Assembly (NCBI GenBank): GCA_965285935.1
Contig: OZ260664.1
Coordinates: 18,228,001 to 18,292,000 of the forward strand
DNA: 64,000 nt
Source of the DNA: Ophelia neglecta
Lineage: Eukaryota
Direction: 5' to 3'
This document shows, piece after piece, positions 62,156 through 64,000 of this stretch. The notes below the pieces were generated by a model. The model did not search any database, was not told the DNA's origin, and saw only the letters and a list, made by a program, of their open reading frames with translations. A program made the position numbers and the translations under genes. Position 1 is the stretch's first letter. Every line of letters begins with the position of its first letter.

Positions 62156-64000
62156 CTACAGGCTGGGTAAACCAACTTTGTAATCTGCACTGAAATAACA
62201 AGCAACATTATTTTCCTTCTGCAGCAAACAAATTAGTTTTTCTAGTCCATCTGGCATAGCCAAGTAACCTAACCGTCTGCCCCAAGCACTGGTCAATCAA
62301 TCTATCAGCCTCCTGGCGGCCATTCTGAGTAGAAGGAGGCGTCATCACTGCAACGATAGGTCAAACACGTACATAGGCTTCCTTATTTACTTACGGCATA
62401 CGAGTGAGGAATTTTGCTTTATTGTAAACATTTTAGACACCTTTTGTTGGAGTTGGCTCTACGGAAATTCTTCAAACGTCTAATAAAGGCAGATTTATTT
62501 CAATACCTCCATGAAAGATATTGCGTGATAGGGAATGACAATGTTCACCAGTGTCAAATAGTTTGATCTAAAAGATGGTCAAACATCTTTACTACATTAT
62601 ATTTCGTTACTTTGCGATAAGGTTTTATGAACGTCATTCATTATTTATTCATTTTTCGATATCTAACACAATATAGATTACAAATTATTAAAATGCAAAA
62701 ACATCATTTATCATTCATTCATTTTTTCAAATATTACATAATATACACAGCCGTTACAAATTATTTAATTAAACGGCATCTTTAGGACTGTTGCAGCTTT
62801 CGGTGTAAGCCGTGAAAAGATAATAATTTCCCCAAACGAAATTCTTAGCTCGTACATACTTTTTGTTTGTGTTTAGTTAATAACCTATAATGAGTTCAAT
62901 CAAGTGCACCAAAGCAATAACGGCTCAGGCGGACATACTACTGACTTATACTAGTACGGAGTATTTGGTATTGTTAAACTGTGGTGTTTACAATATATTC
63001 AACAGTCCTAAATGGGCGATTGTGGCTTTATTCATAGCCTAGACGTTCATTGTTATTGACAATAAAGTCAAGTCAGAAAAGCTAAAGTCATGGGCAGATG
63101 TCCAGCTAGTATCAATAAAACCACGATAATGAGTATGTATAGTCCTATTTGGTTAGTTCGGTTAGTCACATCTGTTGCAATGGCCAAGGAACTAGCCGTT
63201 AATTTACTAATATACCAGACATCTTATTATGAGGCCTATGAGCATAAATATATACACCGCCACTGCTTGCTGGAAATTTATATATATAGTTTATGTCCGA
63301 CCTTCTTAGTGAGGTGTCACTTTGTTACAACGATTCCAATTGTCAGTTTTTCTCACGGAAATGATGGAAAGAAAACGTTTCTACAAGACCAAGGTTTGAT
63401 CGAAGGGTACAAATTATCCATAATATTTATATATTTCAATACAAACAGGATATTCTCTTGTTCTACCCCTCCCATGCGGATGTTCAGTCACACGTAGGAA
63501 GTACAGATATAAAATGCTTGGAAAGATAGGTAATCACTAAGAAAAATGCTTTATTGATTCGCTAGAAGGGATGTTCACATTTGTTCTGTGTTGAATTCAC
63601 CAGAGATCCACCACCCAATTTGGATAACCTGGTTGCTGTGGAAGTGTGCTCGAGGTAAGAACGGGGTAGAGCTGATAATCTCCACTGTTCAAGTTATATG
63701 TGCACCATTTTTATATTCGCTAAAATGCACACATCTGCCACTTCTCTTGTATTGCTCTTTTGTAATAGGTTGTAGTCGGTGGTCTGAGTTCAAGGGGGTC
63801 GTATGTTTCACACAAACCGCTGTGTCCGTAGTGGCGAGGAGTTGTTATTGCGTAGCTGGGCAACGAAAGCAATATTTTTCAGTTATGGTAATGCAATCAG
63901 GACCTTTGCGTCACTGGCATGGAACTGTATTATTAAATGAATTGAGAAACGGTTGTGTAAAAAGAGTCATCACATAAAAAATGAAACCACTGACCAATTA

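Overview
AT-rich, intron-containing animal genomic DNA, probably an invertebrate; the species cannot be read from the sequence. Three intact spliced genes can be rebuilt by hand. (1) A 4-exon class A GPCR of the melatonin-receptor-like type (+, 7802-10701, 354 aa), with a GC-AG first intron and altered microswitch motifs (TRY, NFPFY). (2, 3) Two tandem paralogous 10-exon TRP channel genes (-, 12805-19592, ~1494 aa; -, 22362-30496, ~1478 aa). Both join a TRPV-type transmembrane/pore/TRP-helix module (filter GMGE in one, GMGD in the other) to ~20-22 ankyrin repeats and a C-terminal coiled coil, and both keep a GC-AG intron at the same position. The rest (31-64 kb) has no intact gene that I recognise. 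It holds a 2.7-kb tandem duplication with a sharp drop in identity near its end, a Myb/SANT (Harbinger-type) relic, several MITEs (one complete with TIRs and an 8-bp TSD), minisatellites, hairpins and a few exon-like blocks. Most entries in the supplied ORF track are spurious or are single exons. All coordinates and identities were read by eye; no database search was run.
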